Virus record (IMG/VR): IMGVR_UViG_3300032304_002264
Location: 1-64,000 of that record
DNA: 64,000 nucleotides
Reading direction: 5' to 3' (one strand)
Source: a virus
Shown here: positions 27,788-37,734 of the stretch, in pieces
Position numbering within the stretch: position 1 is the first letter of the stretch
Layout: every line of letters starts with the position of its first letter
Made by a program: the position numbers and the translations under genes
The notes under the pieces: generated by a model
Database searches by the model: none
The model's input: only the letters and a program-made list of their open reading frames with translations
What the model was told of the DNA's origin: nothing

Positions 27788-28040
27788 GAGGTTTTTAATC
27801 AAAAAAGAAAAATATTTTTGCCGTGAAGAGGCTGTGTATCTTATTTCGGGGCAATTTATATTAAATATAACGCTTAGTAATTGCTTCGCGCCGAGCTTTA
27901 GTTCTAAGCTTTAAGATATTCACAAGCGCACACGTATAGATAAGCGTAGAGCGACATACTATGCAATAGTTTATTGATTATCGTACTCGTTACAGACTTG
28001 ACAAAAGCTTTTGTTTCGAATCGCAAAGAACTACGTTATC

Positions 28041-28068
28041 ATTATAACGACGTAAAATCAAATGTCAA
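28041..28068 (-). promoter_or_regulatory. Consensus sigma70 promoter facing non-coding DNA
   Basis: TTGACA-16-TATAAT on the minus strand. Confidence 0.7.
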
Positions 28069-28119
28069 GAAAAAAAAATTAATATTTTTCTGTTGACGCA
28101 AGAGGTATTTGCCGTTACG

Positions 28120-28125
28120 GTGTAA
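28120..28125 (+). promoter_or_regulatory. GTGTAA element before nrdB
   Basis: 12 nt before ATG 28138. Confidence 0.5.
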
Positions 28126-28137
28126 CCATATTCACAT

Positions 28138-29109
28138 ATGATCTTCGAAGAACAAATCTCCCGCAAGCCGAATAAATACCCATGGACAGAACAATTTATC
28201 GACGCAATGCATCACGGTTTTTGGACCGATAAAGAGTTCAGCTTCAAGACCGATTTCCATCAATTCAAAACGGTTCTCAACGACAAACAGCGCGAAATAA
28301 TCGTAAGAACCCTCTCCGCAATCGGGCAAATTGAGGTGGCAGTTAAAACCTTTTGGTCTAAGTTGGGAGAAAACCTTCCCCACCCCGCTCTTTCCGATTT
28401 GGGATTCGTAATGGCGAATGTAGAAGTTATTCACAATAACGCCTACGAAAGACTTCTCCGCGAATTGGATATGGAAGATGTTTTCGAGCAAAATCTTAAA
28501 TTGGAGTGGATTCAAGGCCGCGTGAAGTATTTGAAGAAATACACCCACCGCTTTTACAAAGACTCCAAGAAGCAGTATCTTTACGCTTTGATTCTGTTTA
28601 CTCTTTTCGTTGAGAACGTTTCTTTGTTCAGCCAGTTTTATGTTATCAACTGGTTCGCCAAAAACAAGAATGTCCTTAAAGACACCGATCAACAAGTTCG
28701 CTATACTCGAAATGAAGAAGCTATTCACGCAATGGTCGGCATGAAAATTATTCAAACTATTCGCGAAGAATATCCTGAACTTTTCGATCAAGAACTACAG
28801 GATCGCATCGCTCACGAAGCTGAGCAAGCTTTTGTTGCTGAAAGCAAAATTATCGACTGGATGTTGAACGGCGCTCAAGAAGAAGGGCTTTCCGCTCCAG
28901 TTTTGAAAGAATTCATTAAAAATAGAATCAACGAGTCTTTATCGGACATTGGATTTCAAAAAGTATTTGAAATTGACAGCACTCTTCTCGATGAAACTTT
29001 CTGGTTTGAGGAACAAGTACTTGCTCCAAACATGACAGATTTTTTCCACTCCAAAAGCGTAGAATACTCTAAAAAGGGACAATGTTTTGATGAGGACGAG
29101 CTATTTTAA
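28138..29109 (+). CDS. nrdB: Ribonucleotide reductase beta subunit (class Id-like)
   Basis: QIEVAVKTFW, EVIHNNAY, VENVSLF, RNEEAIH, DFF motifs. Confidence 0.92.
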   Translation: MIFEEQISRKPNKYPWTEQFIDAMHHGFWTDKEFSFKTDFHQFKTVLNDKQREIIVRTLSAIGQIEVAVKTFWSKLGENLPHPALSDLGFVMANVEVIHNNAYERLLRELDMEDVFEQNLKLEWIQGRVKYLKKYTHRFYKDSKKQYLYALILFTLFVENVSLFSQFYVINWFAKNKNVLKDTDQQVRYTRNEEAIHAMVGMKIIQTIREEYPELFDQELQDRIAHEAEQAFVAESKIIDWMLNGAQEEGLSAPVLKEFIKNRINESLSDIGFQKVFEIDSTLLDETFWFEEQVLAPNMTDFFHSKSVEYSKKGQCFDEDELF

Positions 29110-29112
29110 TAT

Positions 29113-30765
29113 ATGATAAAAGAAAAATACTACTGGCTGAACGAAGACTCCGTTAAATTTTTAGAGCAAGGATATCTCCGTCAAGGGCAGTCCCCGATTA
29201 ATAGAATTGAAGAAATTGCCGCAACAGCAGAAAAGATTCTTGGTATAAAAGGATTTGCAGCAAAGTTTACAGACTACATGTCTCGTGGCTTTTACAGCCT
29301 ATCCACGCCTGTTTGGATGAACTTCGGCAATGAGAGAGGCAATCCCATTTCTTGTTTCAATAGTCATATATCAGACAGCATCGAAGCATTTTTAACGAAA
29401 CAGGCAGAGGTGGGAATGATGACAAAAGTTGGAGGCGGAACTTCTGGATATTTTGGCGATGTTCGACCAAGAGGCTCTGAGATTTCTACTGGCGGCGCAG
29501 CAGAAGGCGCAGTTCGATGCATGGAGCTGTTTGACAACGTAGCGAAGATCATCAGCCAAGGCAGCGCTCGTAGAGGCAGTTTTGCGGCGTATCTGCCAAT
29601 TGATCATGGAGACTTCGATGAGTTCATGAAGATCCGCTCAGAGGGGCATTCTATTCAAGAGATGTCTATCGGAGTCACAATTCCAGATGGTTGGATGCAA
29701 TCAATGGTTGACGGAGACAAAGATAAGAGGCGCAGATGGGGATCTGTAATCAAGAAGCGTTCTGAAACTGGTTATCCTTACGTTTTTTTTACAGATAACG
29801 CCAATAATCAAGCTCCACAGGTTTACAAAGATAAAGGATACAAAATCAATGCTAGCAACTTATGCTCCGAGATCTTTCTTCCCTCGTCTGAAAATGAATC
29901 TTTTGTTTGCTGTCTTTCCTCTTTGAACTTGCTTTGGTGGGACGAAATCGAAAAAACAGATGCGGTTGAAACAATGACGATGTTCTTGGATGCCGTTATG
30001 ACAGAGTTTATTGAAAAAACTAAAAACAGTCGTTTGATGGAAGCTGCTCATAATTTCGCGAAGAATCATCGCGCATTAGGCATGGGAGTTTTGGGCTATC
30101 ACAGCTATCTTCAATCCAAAATGATTGCGTGGGAGAGCATCGACGCTCATCTTGAAAATGTTGCAATTTTTTCAGAAATTCGTAAACGCGCCGATAAAGC
30201 TTCTGAAGAGTTGGCTGCGCTATTTGGTGAGCCAGATGTATTAAAGGGCTATGGCCGTCGCAATACGACCACTCTCGCTATCGCTCCAACTACAAGCTCC
30301 AGCTTTATTTTGGGGCAAGTAAGCCCAAGCATTGAACCTCTTAATAGCAATTACTTTGTTAAGAATCTGGCAAAAGGCCAATTCACTTTCCGCAATCCCA
30401 AGCTAGAAGAAGTGCTAGAATCAAAGGGCAAAAATGATAAAACAACATGGAAAAGCATTTTGATTCATGGCGGCAGCGTTCAGCATCTTGATTTTTTCAC
30501 CGAACACGAAAAGAGCGTTTTTAAGACGTTCGCTGAACTTTCTCAGAAAGAGGTTATTATTCACGCCTCACAAAGACAAACCTATATTGATCAAGGGCAA
30601 TCTCTCAATCTCATGATTCCTGCTGGCACAAAACCAAAAGAAATCAATGAATTGATGATCTTTGCATGGGAGCAGGGAATCAAATCTTTATATTACCAAA
30701 GAAGCTCGAATCCATCGCAAGACTTGGCTCGATCAATTTTGACCTGCTCAAGCTGCGAAAGTTAA
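29113..30765 (+). CDS. nrdA: Ribonucleotide reductase alpha subunit (no ATP cone)
   Basis: STPVW, ISCF, SNLCSEI, VCCLSS, APTTSSS, KSLYY, C-terminal CSSCES. Confidence 0.95.
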   Translation: MIKEKYYWLNEDSVKFLEQGYLRQGQSPINRIEEIAATAEKILGIKGFAAKFTDYMSRGFYSLSTPVWMNFGNERGNPISCFNSHISDSIEAFLTKQAEVGMMTKVGGGTSGYFGDVRPRGSEISTGGAAEGAVRCMELFDNVAKIISQGSARRGSFAAYLPIDHGDFDEFMKIRSEGHSIQEMSIGVTIPDGWMQSMVDGDKDKRRRWGSVIKKRSETGYPYVFFTDNANNQAPQVYKDKGYKINASNLCSEIFLPSSENESFVCCLSSLNLLWWDEIEKTDAVETMTMFLDAVMTEFIEKTKNSRLMEAAHNFAKNHRALGMGVLGYHSYLQSKMIAWESIDAHLENVAIFSEIRKRADKASEELAALFGEPDVLKGYGRRNTTTLAIAPTTSSSFILGQVSPSIEPLNSNYFVKNLAKGQFTFRNPKLEEVLESKGKNDKTTWKSILIHGGSVQHLDFFTEHEKSVFKTFAELSQKEVIIHASQRQTYIDQGQSLNLMIPAGTKPKEINELMIFAWEQGIKSLYYQRSSNPSQDLARSILTCSSCES

Positions 30766-30783
30766 GATTTATTTTTAAAAAAA

Positions 30784-30789
30784 GTGTAA
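30784..30789 (+). promoter_or_regulatory. GTGTAA element 9 nt before ATG 30799
   Basis: Recurring hexamer and spacing. Confidence 0.65.
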
Positions 30790-30798
30790 CATATTGAT

Positions 30799-31812
30799 AT
30801 GGAGTTAGACTTCTCTTCGCAAATTAAAGACCTCTTTGAAAATTCCGAAGCGGCCAAAAGATCTGGACCTAAAAGCGGAGCTCAAACACCTGCTAAACCA
30901 TCTGAGCGAAAAAAAGGCTCCGATAAAAACCCAGCAGGTTCTGCATCCAAAGACGGCGCAAAAATTGAGTTTACAGAAAAGATCATAAACGCCCTGAAAG
31001 AGAAAGTAAAAAACCATAATGAGAAGAGCGGCAAAAAAGTCACGCTATCTCAGTTAAAGAAGGTTTATCGTCGCGGCTTAGGAGCGTTTTCCTCGTCTCA
31101 TAGACCTGGCCAAAATAGGAACAGTTGGGCGATGGCTCGCGTCAATATGTTTTTGAAGATGCAATCTGGCGGCAAAGTAAAGAATTCTTATCGTGCCGCT
31201 GATCAAGATGTGGCTTCTGGCGAAGAATTATATTACGAGCAGAAACCCGAAGATGTTTTTTGGGAGTTTAACTCTATTGATTTTGACTTGGCAAGAATCG
31301 ACCTCTTGAAAGCTAGTGTAGATTTGGACGAAGAAGGAAACATTGATCTTTTTGATATTGATTATAGCGAAGCGGAAAAGAAAACTCTTGGCAAGCCGTT
31401 TCGTCTTCCAAGCGGCTCCAACAAAAAATTTGGAGTCTATGTAAAAAATGACAAAGGAAACACTGTAATGGTTAAGTTCGGCGATCCAAATATGGAAATT
31501 CGCCGCGACGATCCAGATCGCAGAAAAAACTTCCGCGCTAGACATCAGTGCGATACTAATGTTGGTCCTCGTTGGAAAGCTCGCTATTGGAGTTGTTATT
31601 TATGGAACCGAAACCCCGTCTCTAAACTAATAGCTAATGAGCTAGAGGGAGATCTAGAAGAAATAGACGATCTTATTGAGGCTTTTTATAAAAAAGAAGA
31701 AATTTTTATTTCCTCTGAAATAAGCCTAGATGATGATTTCGTTTCACAAGAAGAACTTTTATTGATAAACCCTCTTTTAAGCAATGTTAATTATGTCGAA
31801 GAAGAGCTTTGA
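30799..31812 (+). CDS. Basic two-domain phage protein with acidic tail
   Basis: LKKVYRRGLGAF..WAMARVN and VKFGDPNMEIRRDDPDRRKNFRARHQC..ARYWSC domains (recalled as DUF5824- and DUF6321-like; unverified). Confidence 0.65.
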   Translation: MELDFSSQIKDLFENSEAAKRSGPKSGAQTPAKPSERKKGSDKNPAGSASKDGAKIEFTEKIINALKEKVKNHNEKSGKKVTLSQLKKVYRRGLGAFSSSHRPGQNRNSWAMARVNMFLKMQSGGKVKNSYRAADQDVASGEELYYEQKPEDVFWEFNSIDFDLARIDLLKASVDLDEEGNIDLFDIDYSEAEKKTLGKPFRLPSGSNKKFGVYVKNDKGNTVMVKFGDPNMEIRRDDPDRRKNFRARHQCDTNVGPRWKARYWSCYLWNRNPVSKLIANELEGDLEEIDDLIEAFYKKEEIFISSEISLDDDFVSQEELLLINPLLSNVNYVEEEL

Positions 31813-32405
31813 TCATAAAACTGATAATTAGGAAAATTTTCAGATCTGCATCTGTATAAAATGCAAGTATGATAAGTGTCCATTTTTATAGCCGCTTCTC
31901 TAACTGAATCAAATACGTGATCATTAATTTTAATTTTAAAGCCTAAAGCTTTTCTAATTTTCTTTTTAGATTCTTCAGAATGATTTTTAAAAAAACCGTT
32001 TGGATACAAGAGTTTTCCATTTTTTCTTCTTTTCTCTCTAAGGGACTCTCTTTTGGCAGCTTTTCTTGTTCCATCTATCTGTTTTTGTCTTAAAAAATCT
32101 TTTAAGGGGTGGTTACTTATCATATCTCCTCCAGAAGCAATTTTGTTAATATTTAAAATGGGTTTCAAATTATCCAAATACCACTGTTCGCGCTCTTTAA
32201 TTTTGATTTTGTCGCAAAATTCAATTATCTCAAAATTTAAATTTTCTAAACCGTATTTTTGATATTTTTGTTGTAAATAATAATTAGAGTGATTTTTATT
32301 TTTTAATTGGCTAATGTGACGCTTCCATCTAGAAGAGATATTAATAGAGCTGCCAATATAAAAAGAACTGTCTTCTAAGCTTGTTATTTTGTAAATTCCT
32401 ATCAT
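31791..32405 (-). mobile_element. Free-standing GIY-YIG homing endonuclease
   Basis: MIGIYKIT..FYIGSS..RWKRH, REQWYLD, HSEESKKKIR (NUMOD3-like), FDSVREAA; opposite strand to neighbours. Confidence 0.9.
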
Positions 32406-32414
32406 TTTATTAAT

Positions 32415-32420
32415 TTACAC
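32415..32420 (-). promoter_or_regulatory. GTGTAA element 9 nt before GIY-YIG ATG
   Basis: TTACAC on + strand. Confidence 0.65.
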
Positions 32421-32425
32421 GAAAT

Positions 32426-32605
32426 TGCCGATTCTGGAGCAAGAAACCCGTTTCATCTATGGCTTCAGAAGAATTCCTTTTGAGTGATGACGATGGCATG
32501 GAATGGGATTGGGACGACTCTTCTTTTGCTGAATACGAAGACATCATTGCGGAATATCCAGAACTGGAAAATGTAGAAATTCAGGTTGAAGAAGTTGATC
32601 TGTAA
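32426..32605 (+). pseudogene. Orphaned alternative 3' end of gene 30799..31812
   Basis: Reads CRFWSKKPVSSMASEEF...EYPELENVEIQVEEVDL*, matching CYLWNRNPVSKLIA...NPLLSNVNYVEEEL*. Confidence 0.75.
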
Positions 32606-32624
32606 GATATAATCATGCATCAGC

Positions 32625-33329
32625 ATGAGCTATAGAGTTTCAGTAATCACTTCTATTTATAAATCTGAGGAATTTCTATTCGATTGGTTTCTCGATATCA
32701 AGAGGCAATCTGTTTTTTCAGAAACTGAATTCATTCTTTTAGACTGCAATGAAGACGATTCGGACTTTTCGACTATTGAAAAGTTTTTACCGTCCAGCAA
32801 TATACAGTATTACAAGTTGGGATACTGTTCTGTTTATGAGGCTTGGAACAAAGGTATAGAGCTTTCTAGTTGCGATCTGCTAACAAATTGGAATACAGAT
32901 GATCGTAGAAGCTTCGGGTCTTTATCTAGCCAAATTTCGTTTTTGGAAAACAATCCAGACATAGATGTCTGCTATGGACCTACATTGGTTTCAAGCGTTC
33001 CAAACGAAACTTTTGAATTCTGTAAATCTGATTTAGTTTATCCATCTCTTGATGGATCTCTGGAGAATTTAATGCGCCACAATTCTCCACACTGTCTCCC
33101 CATGTGGAGAAAGTCTATTCATGAACGATTTGGTGTGTTTGATACTTCTTATTTTTCTGCGGCAGATTACGACATGTGGTTTAGAGTTTTAGCTGGTGGT
33201 GGCAAAATAGCGCCAATAGAAGAAACCGTAGGCTTGTATTATCAAAATCCAAAGGGCATATCAACAAATCCAGCATCTTTAGATAGAGCCATTAAAGAAG
33301 TGCTTAGCGTCAGAGATAAATATAAATGA
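32625..33329 (+). CDS. GT-A (GT2) glycosyltransferase
   Basis: VSVITSIY, AWNKGI, NTDD, AADYDMWFR. Confidence 0.85.
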   Translation: MSYRVSVITSIYKSEEFLFDWFLDIKRQSVFSETEFILLDCNEDDSDFSTIEKFLPSSNIQYYKLGYCSVYEAWNKGIELSSCDLLTNWNTDDRRSFGSLSSQISFLENNPDIDVCYGPTLVSSVPNETFEFCKSDLVYPSLDGSLENLMRHNSPHCLPMWRKSIHERFGVFDTSYFSAADYDMWFRVLAGGGKIAPIEETVGLYYQNPKGISTNPASLDRAIKEVLSVRDKYK

Positions 33330-34090
33330 TTAATTTAATTACATGCTGCGATCAAAACTTTTTAGATAAAGCTGTCAAATGCTTGACCAGCTCATTTGAA
33401 ATCGACAATAGCATAAAATATACCATTTATATATTTGGCGATAAAGAGGCTGGCTCCGAAATACCAGATTTTATATCGGTAAAAAGGATGCCCCAAAATA
33501 TTAAAAATCTTAATGACCCTTATTTATTTGCATATAAATATTGGTCTATATTAGATAGTTTTTTAGAAAACCAGCATGTTATATATACAGATTCTACTCA
33601 TTTTATAAATAAGTCATTATCAAATGTAATTAATTTCTATTCAAACGATTGTCTGCTTTTAAGATACAAAGACGGTCAATTCTTAGTAAAAGATTGGACT
33701 ACGAAAAAATGCATAGCAGAACTTGAAGGTGAAAATTATTTGCATAATTCACAAATTTGGGCGGGTTTTCAAGCCTACAAGAATACAATTAAAAATAAAG
33801 AATTTGTAAAAAAAATACTCGATCTATGTCTAAATACTGATATCGGTTATCCTTTGCCATCCGAATATAAACCAGATGGCGAAGATGGCGACTGCTTGTA
33901 TCATAGAAATGATCAATCCATTTTATCAATAGAGGCACTTAAAAACAACATATATCCAGAATTCAACGAATCAATAGACTTATCTTTTGGAGATTTTCAA
34001 TCAGTTTGCGTTTTTTATCCCGACGATTATTCGGGGGACGTGCTAAATAATTTAAACAGATATGTTTATCCAAGATACTTTAAAAAATAA
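33326..34090 (+). CDS. Probable GT-A fold sugar transferase
   Basis: VIYTDS, QIWAGF, HRNDQSILS motifs. Confidence 0.6.
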   Translation: MINLITCCDQNFLDKAVKCLTSSFEIDNSIKYTIYIFGDKEAGSEIPDFISVKRMPQNIKNLNDPYLFAYKYWSILDSFLENQHVIYTDSTHFINKSLSNVINFYSNDCLLLRYKDGQFLVKDWTTKKCIAELEGENYLHNSQIWAGFQAYKNTIKNKEFVKKILDLCLNTDIGYPLPSEYKPDGEDGDCLYHRNDQSILSIEALKNNIYPEFNESIDLSFGDFQSVCVFYPDDYSGDVLNNLNRYVYPRYFKK

Positions 34091-34095
34091 AAAAA

Positions 34096-34641
34096 ATGAA
34101 TAAAACAATACATTACAATACAAGATCCGAACTCTTAGAACTGGTCCCCAAGGATTGTAACTTTTTAGAAATTGGTGTTTTTGTTGGCGATTTCGCGAAA
34201 GAAATTCTCGAAAAAGTTAGCCCTAAGAATTTATATCTTGTTGACATCTGGCTCGGCAAATATGGTTCTGGCAATAAAGATGGAGAGAATCATTATGAGA
34301 TAGAAGACATGCAAACCGTTTATTTGAATCTTTATCAAAAGTATAAAGACTACAATAATATACATTTGGTAAGATCGTCGTCGGTTCCATTTTTACAAAG
34401 CTGCGAAAACGATTTTTTTGACGCCATCTATATAGATGGAGATCATACAGCTCAAGCGGTTTATGATGATATCTTCTACTCTTATCAAAAAATAAAGAAT
34501 GGCGGCATAATCATGGGACACGATTACCACTATCAAGTAAAATATGCCGTTGATATTTTTTGCGAACAGTTTAATCAGGAAATAAAATATATAGCTGACG
34601 ACGGATGCCCATCGTTCTTTATAGAAGTTAAAAAACCATAA
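34096..34641 (+). CDS. Class I SAM-dependent methyltransferase
   Basis: LEIGVFVG, IYIDGDH, GGIIMGHDY. Confidence 0.85.
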   Translation: MNKTIHYNTRSELLELVPKDCNFLEIGVFVGDFAKEILEKVSPKNLYLVDIWLGKYGSGNKDGENHYEIEDMQTVYLNLYQKYKDYNNIHLVRSSSVPFLQSCENDFFDAIYIDGDHTAQAVYDDIFYSYQKIKNGGIIMGHDYHYQVKYAVDIFCEQFNQEIKYIADDGCPSFFIEVKKP

Positions 34642-34642
34642 A

Positions 34643-35299
34643 ATGCTTATATATCACCATTTGGGAATCGGAGACCATATCATTTGCAACGGTCTCGTAA
34701 GAAATTTGTATGAAAAATACGGATCTGTAGATTTATTTTGTTATGGCTATAACGAAGCTAATGTGAAATACATGTATAGAGATCTGAAAAATTTAAATAC
34801 AATCCCCGTGTCTTCAGATCAAGAAGCTCATTCCATTATAATAAAAAACAATTTTGATGTGATAAAAATAGGATTCGAAAATTTGCATATGAACGAATCG
34901 TCAGAATCTTTTGACATCGAATTCTATAAAATGGCAGATTTGCCTTTCTCTTCTAAATTTGATGATTTTTACTTAGAAAGAGACATGGAGAAAGAGATTT
35001 TTATTTGCAAAGATTTAAACCCAAACAATGAGCCTTATATATTTATTCATGGAGATTTAGACATGAGTAAAATAAGAGAAGACATTAAAATTATTCATAA
35101 CCCAAAAGAATATAGTTTATTTAATTTAATCCTCTTATTAGAGAACGCCGAAGAAATTCACGTAATGGAATCAAGCCTGAAATGCTTAATAAATCAATAT
35201 AAGTTGAATAAGCCGAAATTATTTTATCACAATTATGTAAAATACTGTTCTGAATTTTATAACACTCAGGGTCTCAACACTTTCCAAGTCATCAATTAA
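34643..35299 (+). CDS. Probable GT-B glycosyltransferase-like protein
   Basis: HHLGIGDHII N-terminus, YIFIH, EIHVMESS; in glycan cluster. Confidence 0.55.
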   Translation: MLIYHHLGIGDHIICNGLVRNLYEKYGSVDLFCYGYNEANVKYMYRDLKNLNTIPVSSDQEAHSIIIKNNFDVIKIGFENLHMNESSESFDIEFYKMADLPFSSKFDDFYLERDMEKEIFICKDLNPNNEPYIFIHGDLDMSKIREDIKIIHNPKEYSLFNLILLLENAEEIHVMESSLKCLINQYKLNKPKLFYHNYVKYCSEFYNTQGLNTFQVIN

Positions 35300-35300
35300 T

Positions 35301-35675
35301 ATGCTCGAAATACAAATTAGCGTCGGCGAACTTTTAGACAAGTTGTCAATTTTAAAAATCAAAAAAGAAAAAATCTTTGACGACAAAAAGTTGAAGTATG
35401 TAGAAGAAGAGTTCGAGATTTTAAACGAAAAATCTTCATCTTTTTTAAACGACGAGAACATTAAGAAAATTTATAAGGATCTTTATTCGACAAACAAAGA
35501 CTTATGGGCGATTGAAGACGAATTGAGAATTCTCGAAAAACTAAATCAATTTAATGATCAATTTGTTGATCTAGCTAGAAAAGTTTACAAAGTAAACGAT
35601 CATCGTTTTTTGCTGAAAAGCAAGATAAACGACATCACCAACTCTTCAATAAAAGAACAAAAAAGCTATAAATAA
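35301..35675 (+). CDS. Conserved coiled-coil protein of glycan clusters
   Basis: ISVGELLDKLSILKIK..LWAIEDELR..ND.R..LK.KIN..EQKSY (recalled as DUF6165-like; unverified). Confidence 0.65.
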   Translation: MLEIQISVGELLDKLSILKIKKEKIFDDKKLKYVEEEFEILNEKSSSFLNDENIKKIYKDLYSTNKDLWAIEDELRILEKLNQFNDQFVDLARKVYKVNDHRFLLKSKINDITNSSIKEQKSYK

Positions 35676-35676
35676 T

Positions 35677-36273
35677 ATGCAGGGACAAATAAATTTAGAC
35701 GACGCAGCTGGTTTACATATTAAAAATATATGCGAAAGAGAAGATGTCAATACTATTGTAGAAATAGGAACTTGGAATGGCAGAGGATCTACATTTTGCA
35801 TCTATGAGTCTATTAAGAATACAGAAAAAAGATTAATTTCTCTAGAAACGTGGAAAGAAATGTATGATTTCGCTTTCGCTTTTTATCAAGACAAAAAAGA
35901 AGTGTCTATTATTAACGGATATATCAGCGATAAACTTCTGGATTTCCACTCATTGGATGATTCGTTTTTTACTGATTATGACAAAAATTTAAAATTGTCA
36001 TGGTATAATGAAGATCTAAAAAATATCAATAATTGTAAAAATGTTTTAGATCAAATCCCAGAAAAAATAGATTTTCTAATTTTAGATGGAGGCGAGTATT
36101 CTAGTTGGGATGAATATTTAATCTTAAAAGACAGATCAAGAATCATTTTTCTTGATGACACTAGACCGCCAACAATTAAAAACTTTATGGCAAGAGAGGA
36201 TCTGCTTAAAACTCGTAAAGTTATAGTGGATGATGTATACTCTAGAAATGGATATTGTATTTTTGAACAATGA
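35677..36273 (+). CDS. Probable SAM-dependent methyltransferase
   Basis: VEIGTWNGRGST, LILDGGE, FLDDT. Confidence 0.7.
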   Translation: MQGQINLDDAAGLHIKNICEREDVNTIVEIGTWNGRGSTFCIYESIKNTEKRLISLETWKEMYDFAFAFYQDKKEVSIINGYISDKLLDFHSLDDSFFTDYDKNLKLSWYNEDLKNINNCKNVLDQIPEKIDFLILDGGEYSSWDEYLILKDRSRIIFLDDTRPPTIKNFMAREDLLKTRKVIVDDVYSRNGYCIFEQ

Positions 36274-37085
36274 AGATAGCAATACAAACAATAATCTTTA
36301 ATGGCGAAAAACATTTGCCCGATAACATGTTGCTCGCATGGCTTGAGCAAGCAAATAACATAGCAGATTATGTCTTCATTACAGAGGGGGCTACAAAAGC
36401 AATAAATCATTATTGGGACGGAGACACATCGGAGTTCACCGCAGATGGCAAATCCACCGATAATACATGTTCAATAATTAAAGAATATATCAAAGATAAG
36501 CCGAAATTCTTTTTTAAAGAAGCTGACGGATTTTGGGATGGAAAAACGAATATGTTAAACTATTGGTTTGATAACTCACAAGAGATTCGGGATGTAGATT
36601 ATGTCTGGCAAATTGACGCTGATGAGTTTTATTCAAATGAAAGCGTTGATAAAATAATCAATCTATTAAATAGCGAACGTCCATCAAGGATTGATTTTTT
36701 CGCTAATCATTTTTGGGGCGATTTCAATCATTGTATTGACGAAAGATCTGATGGTATTTGGGCCAACCAAATTCCTTGGATGAGAATTTTTAGAGTCAAT
36801 GAACAAAGCAGATGGATATCCCATGAACCTCCGAACATGTATTTTAATGAATATGAAAAAATTATTTCTAAATATGAAACATTAAAATTGAAAATAAAAC
36901 TTGATCATTATAGTTATGTAACAGAAGATCAAGTGACGTTTAAAAGCAAATTTTATAACGCCCCCGATAAAATAAAATTATTTAATGAATGGAAAAAAGA
37001 TAAAAACACGCCAATATTTGGATGCAGCGTCTTTCCATTTAAAGATAGTCATTCAGAGATAATAAATAAATACTACAATGAATAA
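36270..37085 (+). CDS. GT-A (GT2-like) glycosyltransferase
   Basis: GKSTDNT, WQIDADEFY, RIFR..W..HE. Confidence 0.75.
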   Translation: MKIAIQTIIFNGEKHLPDNMLLAWLEQANNIADYVFITEGATKAINHYWDGDTSEFTADGKSTDNTCSIIKEYIKDKPKFFFKEADGFWDGKTNMLNYWFDNSQEIRDVDYVWQIDADEFYSNESVDKIINLLNSERPSRIDFFANHFWGDFNHCIDERSDGIWANQIPWMRIFRVNEQSRWISHEPPNMYFNEYEKIISKYETLKLKIKLDHYSYVTEDQVTFKSKFYNAPDKIKLFNEWKKDKNTPIFGCSVFPFKDSHSEIINKYYNE

Positions 37086-37734
37086 TTTTTTAAATACAAT
37101 CAAAAAAAATACAACATTTCAGGGGGGAGCTAATTATGAGGATTTCCAAATAGAAAAATTCTTAGAGATCTTAAATAAAATAAAAACAAAAACCCCATTA
37201 ATGATTGAGCTCGGCTCCAATGATTGTTTTTACTCTATTTTATTTAATAAATTTTTTGAAAAGTCAGAAGACCTGTTGAATGTATGCGTGGAAGTGAGCA
37301 GCAAACTCATCAATCTTGGAAAGATTAATGTAGAATCAAATAATTGCAAAAACTTCAAATTCAAACACTCTAAAATAGGAACGCTAGATCAGCAATATTT
37401 TGATATGATTTCAAAATCAGACCCAAACCTATGGGGGGATTTATCAACAGACACGACGAGCATAAAAGATCTCATAAATGAATTTCAATTGAAAGAAATA
37501 TCAATATTGCATATGGATATTCAAGGATCTGAAATATTTATTCTTAAAGAATTAGAAGACTTAGATATTAACATAAAATACATGTTTATTTCGACCCATC
37601 CCGAATCAGCTTTTGGATCGACTCATGAAAAATGTATCAATTCTTTAAAAAATCTTAATTTTGAAATACTATTTAGTGACGAATCAAGCGGCGGATATGG
37701 AGACGGATTAATCGTGTGTGAAAATAAAAAATAA
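37078..37734 (+). CDS. FkbM-type methyltransferase
   Basis: MIELGS, LHMDIQGSE, FISTH. Confidence 0.75.
   Translation: MNNFLNTIKKNTTFQGGANYEDFQIEKFLEILNKIKTKTPLMIELGSNDCFYSILFNKFFEKSEDLLNVCVEVSSKLINLGKINVESNNCKNFKFKHSKIGTLDQQYFDMISKSDPNLWGDLSTDTTSIKDLINEFQLKEISILHMDIQGSEIFILKELEDLDINIKYMFISTHPESAFGSTHEKCINSLKNLNFEILFSDESSGGYGDGLIVCENKK

Noticed and set aside
27790-28130. tRNA in the large intergenic region
   Set aside because: TTCGAA occurs at ~28015 but I could not fold a cloverleaf around it.
28132-28791. 219-aa antisense ORF over nrdB, and similar short shadow ORFs throughout
   Set aside because: Fully overlap well-supported genes and have implausible composition.
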